From the NCBI GenBank assembly GCA_030830065.1, contig JAURNR010000054.1, forward strand, positions 1,962 to 65,961: a DNA stretch of 64,000 bases, in the 5' to 3' direction. Each line of letters opens with the position of its first letter. Within the stretch, counting starts at the first letter, position 1. The translations under genes were made by a program, and so were the position numbers. Source of the DNA: Bacteroidota bacterium. Its GTDB lineage: Bacteria; Bacteroidota; Bacteroidia; NS11-12g; UBA955. The notes beneath the pieces were generated by a model, which was not told the DNA's origin, did not search any database, and saw nothing but the letters and a program-made list of their open reading frames with translations. This document shows, in pieces, positions 36,508-46,895 of the stretch.

Positions 36508-37533
36508 TTATTCTCCAGGTTCAACTTCAACAACTTCCTCTCCAGCTTTATTTTTCGCAAGTATTTTACCTTCGATATCAGCAAGTAATTCTGGATTATC
36601 TTCGAGAAGATTTTTTACTGAGTCACGTCCTTGGCCAAGTTTTGTGCCATCGTAACTAAACCACGAACCACTTTTTTGAACAATATTTGCTTCAACGGCG
36701 ATATCTAAGACTTCTCCAACTCTAGAAATTCCTCGTCCGTACATAATATCAAATTCAACTACCCTAAAAGGTGGTGCTACTTTGTTTTTGGCAATTTTTA
36801 CCTTTGTACGATTTCCAATAACCTGATCACCATCTTTAATTTGTGAACTTCTTCTGATGTCTAAACGTACTGAGGCATAGAATTTAAGTGCATTACCGCC
36901 AGTGGTAGTTTCTGGGTTTCCGAACATAATACCAATCTTCTCACGCAATTGATTGATGAAAATAGCAACGCATCCTGTTTTATTAATACTACCTGTAAGT
37001 TTACGTAATGCTTGACTCATTAAACGAGCATGTAAACCCACTTTACTATCTCCCATGTCACCTTCAATTTCAGCTCTTGGAACAAGTGCTGCAACTGAGT
37101 CAACTACTAAAACATCAATAGCACCTGAACGAATTAAATTATCGGCAATTTCTAAAGCCTGTTCTCCGTCATCAGGCTGAGAGATTAACAAACTGCCTGT
37201 ATCTATTCCAAGCTTTTCGGCATAGAACTTATCAAATGCATGTTCTGCATCAATAAAAGCGCAAATACCTCCTTTTTTCTGGGCTTCGGCAATGGTATGA
37301 AGTGCAATTGTTGTTTTACCCGAACTTTCCGGGCCGTATATTTCTATTACTCTCCCTTTAGGAAACCCACCTACACCTAGTGCTATATCTAATCCAAATG
37401 AACCTGTAGACACTACATCTACATTTACCTTTTTATTATCGTCCATTTTCATGACGATTCCCTTTCCATAGCTTTTCTCCAAACGGTCGATGGTTTGCTG
37501 CAGTGCTTTGAGTTTTTCCTTTTGTTCGCTCAT
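36508..37533 (-). CDS. recA: Recombinase A
   Basis: Full-length RecA with Walker [10 protein letters not shown] and the L1/L2 regions. Confidence 0.97.
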   Translation of the reverse strand: MSEQKEKLKALQQTIDRLEKSYGKGIVMKMDDNKKVNVDVVSTGSFGLDIALGVGGFPKGRVIEIYGPESSGKTTIALHTIAEAQKKGGICAFIDAEHAFDKFYAEKLGIDTGSLLISQPDDGEQALEIADNLIRSGAIDVLVVDSVAALVPRAEIEGDMGDSKVGLHARLMSQALRKLTGSINKTGCVAIFINQLREKIGIMFGNPETTTGGNALKFYASVRLDIRRSSQIKDGDQVIGNRTKVKIAKNKVAPPFRVVEFDIMYGRGISRVGEVLDIAVEANIVQKSGSWFSYDGTKLGQGRDSVKNLLEDNPELLADIEGKILAKNKAGEEVVEVEPGE

Positions 37534-37582
37534 AGTTGTATTTATTAAAAATAATTAACGTTTCAATTTCTTAAAGTGTTTT

Positions 37583-37590
37583 CAAAAATA
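37583..37590 (-). promoter_or_regulatory. -7 promoter box (TATTTTTG on minus strand), 49 nt upstream of recA ATG
   Basis: The plus strand reads CAAAAATA, whose reverse complement matches TAnnTTTG. Confidence 0.35.
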
Positions 37591-37602
37591 TCAAATTGAA
37601 AA

Positions 37603-37610
37603 TATATTTG
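37603..37610 (+). promoter_or_regulatory. -7 promoter box TATATTTG, 8 nt upstream of radC ATG
   Basis: Exact TAnnTTTG match. Confidence 0.45.
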
Positions 37611-37618
37611 ACAAAGAT

Positions 37619-38320
37619 ATGTTAAAAAAATTATCAACACAAAATGAGGGGATGAATAGTTCGATAAGTGTTGAAACCCTCCACGAAAAGTTTAAAGTTC
37701 AAGGAAAATCCGCTATGAGCAACGAGGAATTACTTCAAATTTTATTTTCATTTCGCGGAAATCGCAAAAAAATGTTTAGACAATCTGCGGAAATTATTAA
37801 GTATACTGAAGGCCGTTTAGATTTATTAGCAAAAATGTCCATTCAAGATTTAAATCATATGAAATCTTTAAATTCTGAAGATGCCATATTGTTGTCTGTA
37901 ATATGGGAATTAGGAAATAGAAAAAATGCTGCCTATGAGCAGGGGCAACTTATTTGTTCGAGTAAAGATGCTCGGCGCGTTTTTATCTCCGAACTATCGG
38001 ATTTACCTCATGAAGAGTTTTATGCGGCATTTTTAAATCGAAGACATCGGCTTTTAGGGAAACATCAAATTTCAAAAGGTGGAATATCTGCCACGGTAGT
38101 TGATATTCGATTGTTACTTGAAAAGGCAATTCAATTTCATGCATCAGGGATAATAATTGCACACAATCATCCAAGTGGAAATACAACGGCCTCTATTGAG
38201 GATAGAGAATTGACATCGAAAATTCAAAAAGCTTGTTGCTACTTCGATATAAATTTATTGGATCATCTAATTTACTGTGGACATGATATTATAAGTTTCA
38301 GTGATGAAGGGTGGATTTAA
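37619..38320 (+). CDS. radC: RadC-family JAB/MPN domain protein
   Basis: N-terminal helix-hairpin-helix-like region (SNEELLQILF...) and the C-terminal JAMM motif IIAHNHPSGN. Confidence 0.85.
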   Translation: MLKKLSTQNEGMNSSISVETLHEKFKVQGKSAMSNEELLQILFSFRGNRKKMFRQSAEIIKYTEGRLDLLAKMSIQDLNHMKSLNSEDAILLSVIWELGNRKNAAYEQGQLICSSKDARRVFISELSDLPHEEFYAAFLNRRHRLLGKHQISKGGISATVVDIRLLLEKAIQFHASGIIIAHNHPSGNTTASIEDRELTSKIQKACCYFDINLLDHLIYCGHDIISFSDEGWI

Positions 38321-38369
38321 GATGCTTTTTTAGTCGACTTTTTATAACAAAAAATCCAAGGATAAAAAC

Positions 38370-38377
38370 TATTTTTG
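38370..38377 (+). promoter_or_regulatory. -7 promoter box TATTTTTG, 9 nt upstream of gcvP ATG 38387
   Basis: Exact TAnnTTTG match. The track TTG start (38375) lies inside this box, so I prefer ATG 38387. Confidence 0.45.
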
Positions 38378-38386
38378 CCTGTAATT

Positions 38387-41248
38387 ATGAGCCAATTAGA
38401 TGCGCGCTATTTCAAGCCTTTTGAGGAAAGACATAATGGTCCTTCAGAGGCAGACATTCAAGTCATGCTCGAAACAATCGGCGTGAGTTCAATGGATGAA
38501 TTAATTGAGAGAACTATCCCGGCCAACATCCGAAGAAAAGGAGTAATGGATATTGGTATTCCTATGAGTGAGCCTCAATTCTTAGCTAAAGTGAAAGAAA
38601 TTGCATCTAAAAATACTGTTTTTTCCAATTTCATAGGAATGGGTTATTACGGCACTCATACGCCCACTGTGATTTTGCGTAACATAATGGAAAATCCCGG
38701 ATGGTATACACAATATACTCCATATCAAGCCGAAATTGCTCAGGGAAGATTAGAAGCATTGTTAAACTTCCAAACAATGGTTATTGATTTAACCGGTATG
38801 GAAATTGCAAATGCGAGTTTACTCGATGAAGGAACTGCCGCTGCTGAGGCTATGGGTATGTTCAAAGGCTTATTACCTAGAAAAAGTACGGCATTCAAGT
38901 TCTTTGTGGATGAAAATACATTTCCTCAAACATTAGACATTTTAGCTACACGTGCTGAACCTATCGGTATTGAGTTAGTTATCGGAGATTACAGAACCTT
39001 TCAACCATCCGATGAGTACTTCGGTGCTTTAGTACAATATCCAAACAATGAGGGTAGCATAGAAGATTATCGCGAATTTGTAAATACTTGTAAATCCTAT
39101 GAAATTAAAGTTTGTTTTGCTGCTGATATATTGGCATTATCAATCTTAACTCCTCCAGGTGAGTTTGGCGTAGATTGTGTGATAGGAAATACACAGCGAT
39201 TTGGAGTACCCATGGGTTTTGGTGGTCCACATGCTGCGTTTTTCGCAACACGCGAAGAGTTTAAAAGACAAATTCCTGGAAGAATTATTGGAGTTTCTTT
39301 AGATAGAAGAGATAATCGTGCATTGCGAATGGCTTTACAAACTCGTGAGCAGCATATTAAACGTCAAAATGCTACGTCAAATATCTGTACTGCACAAGTA
39401 TTATTGAGCATTATGGCAAGTATGTACGCGGTTTATCATGGGCCAAATGGCATTAAGAAAATTGCAAATAGAGTGCATGGATTGGCACGAAATGCATCAG
39501 AGAGATTAAATAAAATTGGGTTCTCTAATAACAATGATCTCTTTTTTGATACATTATGTATAAATTCAAATGGCAAGCAAGATGAGATAAAGCGTAAGGC
39601 CGAATCGGTTCAGATGAACTTCAGATATTTCGCTAATGGAAATATAGGAATTTCAATGGATGAAACTACCACTATAGAAGATGTTAATGCAATAGTTAGT
39701 TTGTTTGGTGGTGATTCTAATGAAGGTGAAACAATCTTTGAAATCAATTGGCCAACATGGGCAGTTAGAACTTCTGAATATATGACGCACCCGGTTTTCA
39801 ATAAATATCATATTGAACATGAAATGTTGCGTTATATCAAGAGACTAGAATCTAAAGATTTGAGTTTATGTCACTCTATGATTCCTTTAGGTTCATGTAC
39901 AATGAAACTAAATGCGTCTACCGAAATGATTCCGGTTACATGGCCTGAATTTAATTTAATACACCCATTTGTACCCAAAAATCAAGTTCAAGGTTATCAG
40001 GAGTTAATTGATGATTTAGATAAAGATTTATCTGAAATTACTGGTTTTGCTAAAATGAGTATGCAGCCAAATTCTGGAGCACAAGGCGAGTATACCGGAT
40101 TAATGGTTATCAGAGAATATTTTAAATCTACAGGTCAAGGACACAGAAATATTGCATTAATACCTTCCAGTGCGCATGGAACGAATCCTGCAAGTGCTGT
40201 TATGGCTGGTATGCAGGTGGTTGTTACTAAATGTGACGATCATGGAAATATAGATATTGAGGATTTAAGAATCAAAGCAGAAGAGCATAAAGATAATTTG
40301 GCAGTATTAATGGTCACCTATCCAAGTACTCATGGTGTTTTTGAGAGTGCCATTAAGGACATCACTCAAATTATTCATGATAATGGTGGGCAAGTATATA
40401 TGGATGGTGCTAACATGAATGCACAGGTGGGTTTAACATCTCCTGGTTTAATAGGGGCGGATGTTTGTCATTTAAACTTACATAAAACATTCTGTATTCC
40501 TCATGGTGGCGGTGGGCCCGGAATGGGACCAATAGGTGTTGCAGCTCATTTAGCCCCTTACTTACCCGGACACAAAATAGTTGATACGGGAATAGGAGAT
40601 AATGCTATGACGGCGGTAAGTGCAGCTCCATTTGGGTCAGCGAGTATTTTGCTTATTTCTTATGCATACATAAAAATGATGGGTGGTTCGGGCCTAACTG
40701 AAGCAACTAAAATTGCTATACTTAATGCCAATTACATGAGAGCAAGACTTAGTTCCGAGTACCCCATACTTTATGTTGGTGAACAAGGAATGGTTGCTCA
40801 CGAAATGATATTAGATACACGTGGATTTAAAACCTCAGCTCATGTGGAAGCAGAAGATATTGCGAAGCGTTTAATGGATTATGGATATCATGCGCCTACC
40901 TTGAGTTTTCCTGTTGCAGGAACCTTGATGGTAGAGCCAACGGAAAGTGAAAGCAAGGAAGAGTTAGACAGATTTTGTGATGTGCTGCTCCAAATTAGAG
41001 AAGAAATCAGAGAAATTGAATTGGGAATAGCAGATGATGAAGTAAATGTATTGAAAAATGCACCGCACATTGCTGATGAATTAATTTCTGATGAATGGTC
41101 ATTCCCATATTCTAGAGAAAAGGCGGCTTATCCATTAGCATATTTAAAAGAGTTTAAATTCTGGCCTACTGTGGCTCGTGTAAACAACACATATGGAGAT
41201 AGAAATCTAGTTTGTGCATGTTTGCCAATGGAAGAATATATGGATTAA
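38387..41248 (+). CDS. gcvP: Glycine dehydrogenase (aminomethyl-transferring), single-chain P protein
   Basis: About 950 aa with the PLP-lysine region [18 protein letters not shown]. Confidence 0.95.
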   Translation: MSQLDARYFKPFEERHNGPSEADIQVMLETIGVSSMDELIERTIPANIRRKGVMDIGIPMSEPQFLAKVKEIASKNTVFSNFIGMGYYGTHTPTVILRNIMENPGWYTQYTPYQAEIAQGRLEALLNFQTMVIDLTGMEIANASLLDEGTAAAEAMGMFKGLLPRKSTAFKFFVDENTFPQTLDILATRAEPIGIELVIGDYRTFQPSDEYFGALVQYPNNEGSIEDYREFVNTCKSYEIKVCFAADILALSILTPPGEFGVDCVIGNTQRFGVPMGFGGPHAAFFATREEFKRQIPGRIIGVSLDRRDNRALRMALQTREQHIKRQNATSNICTAQVLLSIMASMYAVYHGPNGIKKIANRVHGLARNASERLNKIGFSNNNDLFFDTLCINSNGKQDEIKRKAESVQMNFRYFANGNIGISMDETTTIEDVNAIVSLFGGDSNEGETIFEINWPTWAVRTSEYMTHPVFNKYHIEHEMLRYIKRLESKDLSLCHSMIPLGSCTMKLNASTEMIPVTWPEFNLIHPFVPKNQVQGYQELIDDLDKDLSEITGFAKMSMQPNSGAQGEYTGLMVIREYFKSTGQGHRNIALIPSSAHGTNPASAVMAGMQVVVTKCDDHGNIDIEDLRIKAEEHKDNLAVLMVTYPSTHGVFESAIKDITQIIHDNGGQVYMDGANMNAQVGLTSPGLIGADVCHLNLHKTFCIPHGGGGPGMGPIGVAAHLAPYLPGHKIVDTGIGDNAMTAVSAAPFGSASILLISYAYIKMMGGSGLTEATKIAILNANYMRARLSSEYPILYVGEQGMVAHEMILDTRGFKTSAHVEAEDIAKRLMDYGYHAPTLSFPVAGTLMVEPTESESKEELDRFCDVLLQIREEIREIELGIADDEVNVLKNAPHIADELISDEWSFPYSREKAAYPLAYLKEFKFWPTVARVNNTYGDRNLVCACLPMEEYMD

Positions 41249-42448
41249 TTATTTTCCAATTTCTCGTAGTTTAATCTTTTGAATTAAGAGTAAAATTGCG
41301 AGAAGTATAATTAATGCGAAGTAAGTGATTGTATTAATACCAGAAGATAATTCTACTCCATAGGTAGTTGCAATCATTTTTAAATTGTATTTAATCACTA
41401 ACAGACTAGATATTCCTAAACAACCAATAATTAAGTAGTTAAAAATACTTTTTTTAAGATAGAAATATTGAATTTCTTTTCTCGAAACCCCTATTAATAG
41501 CAAGGTATTTATTTCGTTTTTTGACTTTTCTAAAGTTAAAACTAGATATAAAATCATAGTGGTTATCGCAATAAAAATGATAACAAAACCAAATAGTGCT
41601 GCAACAATAAGTATTAACCTTACGATTGAAGCAAATTTTCCGTCTGAAATTTTATCTTTATTTACTTCCCACTTTTTCTTTTGAATTAAACGAAAAAGTC
41701 CATCAGTTTCACCCTGACGACATTTAACAATTATTTTTTTCTTATTGTCTTTTTTGAAATTATCATCCGCATTCAAATGATTATTCATGTATTGTAAAAA
41801 GTCAAGTGGCACTAAGACACTATTTATTCGATCGGAGAATCCTACTATTTTCCCTTTATATCGTTCATTTTTTAAGGTTCCTCTTAGATAAAGATCAAAT
41901 GTAGCTAACTGAATGGTTTTCTTGGATAAAGGAGGTAAATTCCTACTTGGGGCAAAACTAAAGTTATAGAGATTTACAAAATCTGCTGGCAAAATTAGAG
42001 GGATAACCCCGGAATTTTTATTCCATTTCCAATCCTTTGGTGTAATATCTAAGAAATCATCCTCAAGTGACTCAAAAAAGAGTTCTGTGCCTAAATTAGT
42101 TCGTTCACCGTTTACGCTGAGACTACCCCACACCTGAAATTTATTAGATAAGAAAAATCCAATTTTTTCAACACCTTCTATTTCATTAATCTGTGTAATA
42201 TCTTTTGATGTAAAGTGATTGGTCTTATAATTCAGAGTATTTAATGCAGATACTTTTTTATGGACAATAATAAATTTGTTCCCAAGTTCATTCTGGGTTT
42301 GCTGTTTTACAGAGTTAATTTCAAGGTATAATTGAATGCATAAAATCAAAATCGTAACACCCAAATAAGTGCCAATTATCCCAGCAAACCATTGGGTTTT
42401 ATTTTGAGATTTATTGAGTAGTTTAGAAATTATCTTATTTTGATTCAT
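41249..42448 (-). CDS. FtsX-domain ABC permease, LolC/MacB-type topology (TM1, ~230-aa periplasmic domain, 3 TM)
   Basis: 399 aa. The N-terminal TM is WFAGIIGTYLGVTILILCIQLYL, and the C-terminal FtsX-like three-helix bundle carries an intracellular loop EKSKNEINTLLLIGVSRKEI. The start overlaps the ATPase stop (ATGA). Confidence 0.75.
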   Translation of the reverse strand: MNQNKIISKLLNKSQNKTQWFAGIIGTYLGVTILILCIQLYLEINSVKQQTQNELGNKFIIVHKKVSALNTLNYKTNHFTSKDITQINEIEGVEKIGFFLSNKFQVWGSLSVNGERTNLGTELFFESLEDDFLDITPKDWKWNKNSGVIPLILPADFVNLYNFSFAPSRNLPPLSKKTIQLATFDLYLRGTLKNERYKGKIVGFSDRINSVLVPLDFLQYMNNHLNADDNFKKDNKKKIIVKCRQGETDGLFRLIQKKKWEVNKDKISDGKFASIVRLILIVAALFGFVIIFIAITTMILYLVLTLEKSKNEINTLLLIGVSRKEIQYFYLKKSIFNYLIIGCLGISSLLVIKYNLKMIATTYGVELSSGINTITYFALIILLAILLLIQKIKLREIGK

Positions 42449-43089
42449 ATCTCAATTTGCTCAAAATCCATTTTTTTGAACCTTTCGTCCAGCGATGTTA
42501 TAATTATGCCTGCCTTTTTTAACTCACATAGTTTTATAATTTCCTCATAAACAATGTCAGATATTTCAGCGTCTAAATGGCTAAAAGGTTCATCAAGCAA
42601 GATCCATTTATAGTTACCTAAAAGAGCCCTGATTATAGCTACTCTTTGCTTTTGACCGTGTGAAACTTTCGAAACAACTGATTGTCTTATATGTTGAATT
42701 TTAAACTTCTCAATTAGGTTTTTTGCTAATTCTAAAGAGTCAGAATCATTACTGGGTATAACAATATTCTCCCAAACTGATAAATTATCAAATAATTTTA
42801 GGTCTTGATATACCGTATGAATGTGATTTCTACGTGTTTGGATTAATTTGTCTATTTGTGAGTTAGTAATCTCTTGTGAACCGATGCTGACCAATCCTGA
42901 GTAATCATTAAATATTCCGTTTATTATTTTAATTAATGTAGATTTTCCTGAACCCGACCCTGCAGTAACTTGGTATCTGTTACTTTCATAAAATACAAAA
43001 TCCAAACCCCATACTGAGTTCGGATTTTGTATTTGTTGGTCCGTAAGGTTCTTAGGGACTACATTTTTTAGTCGGATATTATTATCCAA
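42445..43089 (-). CDS. ABC transporter ATP-binding protein with atypical signature and H-loop
   Basis: Walker A GSGSGKST, Q-loop YQD, signature VSHGQKQR (canonical LSGGQ), Walker B ILLDEP, D-loop FSHLD. The H-loop position reads ITSLDE rather than the usual xTHD. Confidence 0.85.
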   Translation of the reverse strand: MDNNIRLKNVVPKNLTDQQIQNPNSVWGLDFVFYESNRYQVTAGSGSGKSTLIKIINGIFNDYSGLVSIGSQEITNSQIDKLIQTRRNHIHTVYQDLKLFDNLSVWENIVIPSNDSDSLELAKNLIEKFKIQHIRQSVVSKVSHGQKQRVAIIRALLGNYKWILLDEPFSHLDAEISDIVYEEIIKLCELKKAGIIITSLDERFKKMDFEQIEI

Positions 43090-43096
43090 TGTTGAA

Positions 43097-44749
43097 TTAA
43101 TTAAGATCTGGTGCTAAGTCAATTCCAGTTTTTAATATCCTGTGCAAACTATTTCCTTCTCCTGGCTGTAGGCCCAAAGATATTGAGGTTGAGTTCCCAT
43201 TACTTGTCATTTTCAGATTCTTAAGCATGCCTAACACACCATCAAGTTCTTTTGGAATCTCATCTAATGCTTCTTCATTGAAATTTTTCTTTTCAAGGCT
43301 TACATACATACCCATGGGGTTATCTGTGATAGTTTCTACTAGATTATCATTCGAAGGGCTATTCCAAGACGTTGACTTATTTACTTTTTTAGCCTTTGGG
43401 TCATTTGAAATAAACCACTTGTTTCCTAAATTCATCATGGTTAGGTCCCCGACATCATTGTCTGAGGTAGTGTAAACGTTGCCCTTTTTAGTAAAGCTCT
43501 TATCATTTTCTAATTGTTCTTCTACCCATTTTACCACCTTTGATTTAGGAGTTATTCCAATTTGAACATTGAAGATAGGCACTGTTTCTTTTTCTTTCCT
43601 TGGAATTTTAATATACTCATAGGAATTATAATCCCATTTATAATCGTATTTTGTTACTTCTATTTCTCTAAAATCAGATAAGCTAGCTGCAACTACACCG
43701 GTAAATGAACTAACAATATCTTTAAGAGACAGTCCAGTTCCTTGTTTAATCATCTCTTTGATCTCTTTATTATCAATCATCTTTGTATATAATTCGGGTT
43801 TAAATGTCATGCCCATTGCCCCAATTGATTTTCCGTTACTAGTTAATAATTTTAAATAATCGCTTGGTATGCCTTCTTCTCCCGTAATATTATACTCCTC
43901 GGCAATTGAAGCATCTTTATAATAAGGTGTGGCTGAAACAACAACCTCTTCATCTTCAAAATTCAAATGCATTGAGTAACCACTAATGTTGTCTATATAT
44001 TTTTTTACATTCTTACTTTCTTTTAAAGCTTCCTTTACATCATCCCCCTGATCATAAATGATATCTTTGATAACATCTGCATTTGCAAAAACATCAAAGT
44101 CATTAGATTCACCACAGAACTCTTCAAATGCTGCATTATTATTAATTAATGAATTGTCTTCTTCAGCTTTTATTAACTTTTCGGCCATTGACTTAACATC
44201 AACATCGTCTCTACGTCTTTCTTTTGCCGTAATAATTAATACGTCGTCATTCCATGCAAAAGCATGAGTTCTTCTTCTTTCTTCTTTTATATATACCTTA
44301 TAATAGTCTTCATCTTCATTATGCCTTTCGGTATAATCTAGATTGAATTCATCATCTAGTTCTTTTAATAACTTAGAAATTTTTTCACTGTCATCAACTT
44401 TAAATATGAAACCAAATCTTTGGTTTGATGTGCGATACTTACGGTTGTCATTTTTTCCCATTGTCGCAAAAACTGTAACCGGAGCATTAAAATCAATTCC
44501 AGTGTTACTTGGATCTTTGAAAAGATCATTGATGAATGTAGGCATTTCATCCTTGATATCTTCAAAATTATCAGCAACTTTATCCATTTTCATTAATGAC
44601 TCAATATCCATTTTGTCAATCAATGAACCCATATCAATTCGTGCTACCATGTAAGCATCTTTAGGAACATATTTCTTTTCGCTGTAGGAATTACACGAAA
44701 AAAGTGATACTAACAGTAGTGGAAGAAGTAAATTTAAATTCTTTTTCAT
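43097..44749 (-). CDS. DUF4836-like lipoprotein
   Basis: Lipobox LLVSLFS/C, followed by YVPKDAYMVARIDMGSLIDK..., which I recall as typical of DUF4836. 550 aa, Asp/Glu/Lys-rich. Confidence 0.5.
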   Translation of the reverse strand: MKKNLNLLLPLLLVSLFSCNSYSEKKYVPKDAYMVARIDMGSLIDKMDIESLMKMDKVADNFEDIKDEMPTFINDLFKDPSNTGIDFNAPVTVFATMGKNDNRKYRTSNQRFGFIFKVDDSEKISKLLKELDDEFNLDYTERHNEDEDYYKVYIKEERRRTHAFAWNDDVLIITAKERRRDDVDVKSMAEKLIKAEEDNSLINNNAAFEEFCGESNDFDVFANADVIKDIIYDQGDDVKEALKESKNVKKYIDNISGYSMHLNFEDEEVVVSATPYYKDASIAEEYNITGEEGIPSDYLKLLTSNGKSIGAMGMTFKPELYTKMIDNKEIKEMIKQGTGLSLKDIVSSFTGVVAASLSDFREIEVTKYDYKWDYNSYEYIKIPRKEKETVPIFNVQIGITPKSKVVKWVEEQLENDKSFTKKGNVYTTSDNDVGDLTMMNLGNKWFISNDPKAKKVNKSTSWNSPSNDNLVETITDNPMGMYVSLEKKNFNEEALDEIPKELDGVLGMLKNLKMTSNGNSTSISLGLQPGEGNSLHRILKTGIDLAPDLN

Positions 44750-44825
44750 TTTGTGAAAATAATAATTTCTTTCTAATAAGAAAATCTTAATTAGTAATTG
44801 AACTAATTATTAAGTAAATGTAAAA

Positions 44826-45224
44826 TCAGCCTATTATATAAGATCGACTTGTATTTGCATGACAGATATTTACTTCAACATAGTTGTCCAGCAAGGCCTT
44901 GCCAATCTCTGGCCATTCAATAAGCCAAATACCATCATCTAGAGCCTCGTCAATTCCTGCATCATAAAGCTCGATAACTTCATTTATTCGATACCAATCT
45001 GTGTGATAAATTGTTCCGATGTTTGAACTGTAAGTATTTACTAATCCAAATGTTGGGCTGCTCATTTCACCTTCAACTCCTAGTTTGCTGCAGAACTTCT
45101 TGATAAGCGTTGTTTTACCGGCACCAAGGTCTCCCACAAATGTAAAAATTCGGTTTTTTTGAAGCTTGTTGATGAGAATTTTAATAACCTCATCAAGCTC
45201 ATTTTCTTGAGCAATAATTTCCAT
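44826..45224 (-). CDS. tsaE: tRNA t6A37 threonylcarbamoyltransferase complex ATPase subunit
   Basis: 132 aa with P-loop GDLGAGKTT and ...YHTDWYRI.... Confidence 0.85.
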   Translation of the reverse strand: MEIIAQENELDEVIKILINKLQKNRIFTFVGDLGAGKTTLIKKFCSKLGVEGEMSSPTFGLVNTYSSNIGTIYHTDWYRINEVIELYDAGIDEALDDGIWLIEWPEIGKALLDNYVEVNICHANTSRSYIIG

Positions 45225-46777
45225 TATTTACCTTTTGGCCTCAATGTAATAAGCGGACACATCATTTCTTCCATGGAAATACCACCATGTTGGAAAGTGT
45301 TTTTGTAATAGTTAACGTAATAGTTGTAATTGTTTGGATAAGCGAAGAAATCATTTTCCATGGCAAATACAAATGCTGAACTTAAATGCTGCAAAGGCAA
45401 ATACAATTCCTTGGGTTTTTTAACTTCAAAAACTTCTTTGTTATTATAAGTAATGTTTTTTCCTTGCTTATATCTCAAGTTTGAGTTTACCTTTTTATCG
45501 CCAATTACTTTTACTGCATTTTTTACTCTTACACTGCCATGGTCTGTAGTAATTATAATTTTTCCTGGCTTTTCAGCGATGCGTTGCATTGCTTCCCACA
45601 ATGGTGAGTGTTTAAACCACGTTGCTGTTACATTTCTATATGCAGCTTCATCATCTGCGAGTTCACGTACAATATTCACATCAGTTCTTGCATGTGAAAA
45701 AGCATCAACAAAATTATAAACTATAACATTTAATTGATTCTGACGCATATTTGGAACTTGATCAACTAGTGCCTTTGCATTATCTAGATTCGTAATTTTA
45801 GTGTAGGAAAATTTAATATCCCTTCTAAGTCTATTTAGTTGAGATGCTAAGAAATCTTTTTCATACAAATTCTTACCACCTTCATCTTCATCATTAGACC
45901 ATTTATCAGGGAAAGTTGATTCAATTTCACTTGGTCTTAAACCACTAAAAATAGAGTTTCTGCAATACTGTGTAGTAGTTGGAAGAATGCTCATGTACAT
46001 ATCCTCCTGTTCAGTTCTGAAAAGTTCGTTTATAGTTTCAGAAATTGCTCGCCATTGGTCAAAACGAAGGTTATCTAATAAAACAAAATATACGGGCTCA
46101 TCATTATCAAGCATTGGATTAACATGCTTGCGGAAGAGATTATGACTTAGCGAGATTTCCGTATCGTCGTTTTGAATGATTTCTTGGTAATTTTTAGAAA
46201 TATACTTACAAAAGTTACGATTTGCATCTGCTTTTTGGGTTTCTAAAACTTCTTTCATTCCTTCTTGGTCTGTTTGCCCCAATTGCATTTCCCAATAAAC
46301 AAGTTTTTTATAAACCTCCTTCCACTCTTGAAAGTTTAGACGGTCTGAAACACTCATACCAATTTGCATGAATTCACGCTGATAGCCTTGAGTAGTTTTT
46401 TCATTAACTAAACGCTTTTCATCGACATGCTTTTTAATACTGAGTAAAATTTGATTAGGATTAACTGGTTTAATAAGATAATCAGAAATTTTACTGCCTA
46501 TTGCCTCTTCCATTATATGCTCTTCTTCATTTTTTGTTATCATGATTACAGGCATATTCGGACGTAACTGTTTGATTTCAGCTAAGGCATCTAAACCGCT
46601 AATTCCAGGCATATTTTCATCCAAGAAAACAAGGTCAAAATCTTCATTTTTTACCGAATCAACTGCATCACGACCGTTATTTACGCTGCTAACCGAATAT
46701 CCTTTTCCTTCTAAAAAAAGAATATGTGGTTTTAATAAATCAATCTCATCATCGGCCCATAGAATTTTAGTCTGCAT
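45224..46777 (-). CDS. porX: PorX-type response regulator (CheY receiver + PglZ/alkaline-phosphatase-like domain)
   Basis: N-terminal receiver (ILWADDE..., LVFLDENMPG, ITKNEEE). The C-terminal PglZ-like domain has ...FVDAFSHAR... and ITTDHGS. Confidence 0.8.
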   Translation of the reverse strand: MQTKILWADDEIDLLKPHILFLEGKGYSVSSVNNGRDAVDSVKNEDFDLVFLDENMPGISGLDALAEIKQLRPNMPVIMITKNEEEHIMEEAIGSKISDYLIKPVNPNQILLSIKKHVDEKRLVNEKTTQGYQREFMQIGMSVSDRLNFQEWKEVYKKLVYWEMQLGQTDQEGMKEVLETQKADANRNFCKYISKNYQEIIQNDDTEISLSHNLFRKHVNPMLDNDEPVYFVLLDNLRFDQWRAISETINELFRTEQEDMYMSILPTTTQYCRNSIFSGLRPSEIESTFPDKWSNDEDEGGKNLYEKDFLASQLNRLRRDIKFSYTKITNLDNAKALVDQVPNMRQNQLNVIVYNFVDAFSHARTDVNIVRELADDEAAYRNVTATWFKHSPLWEAMQRIAEKPGKIIITTDHGSVRVKNAVKVIGDKKVNSNLRYKQGKNITYNNKEVFEVKKPKELYLPLQHLSSAFVFAMENDFFAYPNNYNYYVNYYKNTFQHGGISMEEMMCPLITLRPKGK

Positions 46778-46895
46778 ATTTTTTAAACGGAATTAGTTGA
46801 ACAAAATTCGACAATTGTTGTGGTATTTAGTAAAAATATACTTGGTTCACGTTGAAACGCTGCAATTTCGTGATAAATACCTCAAATTTGTAACA

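Noticed and set aside
38321-38386. Possible glycine riboswitch upstream of gcvP
   Set aside because: The whole intergenic region is 66 nt, and a -7 box sits 9 nt from the ATG. That leaves no room for a ~100-nt or tandem glycine aptamer, and no conserved aptamer core was seen.
46778-46895. Possible TPP riboswitch upstream of thiamine diphosphokinase
   Set aside because: I found no CUGAGA/ACCUGAU-type conserved TPP aptamer elements or extended pairing in the 118-nt region. TPK genes are also not typical TPP-riboswitch targets.
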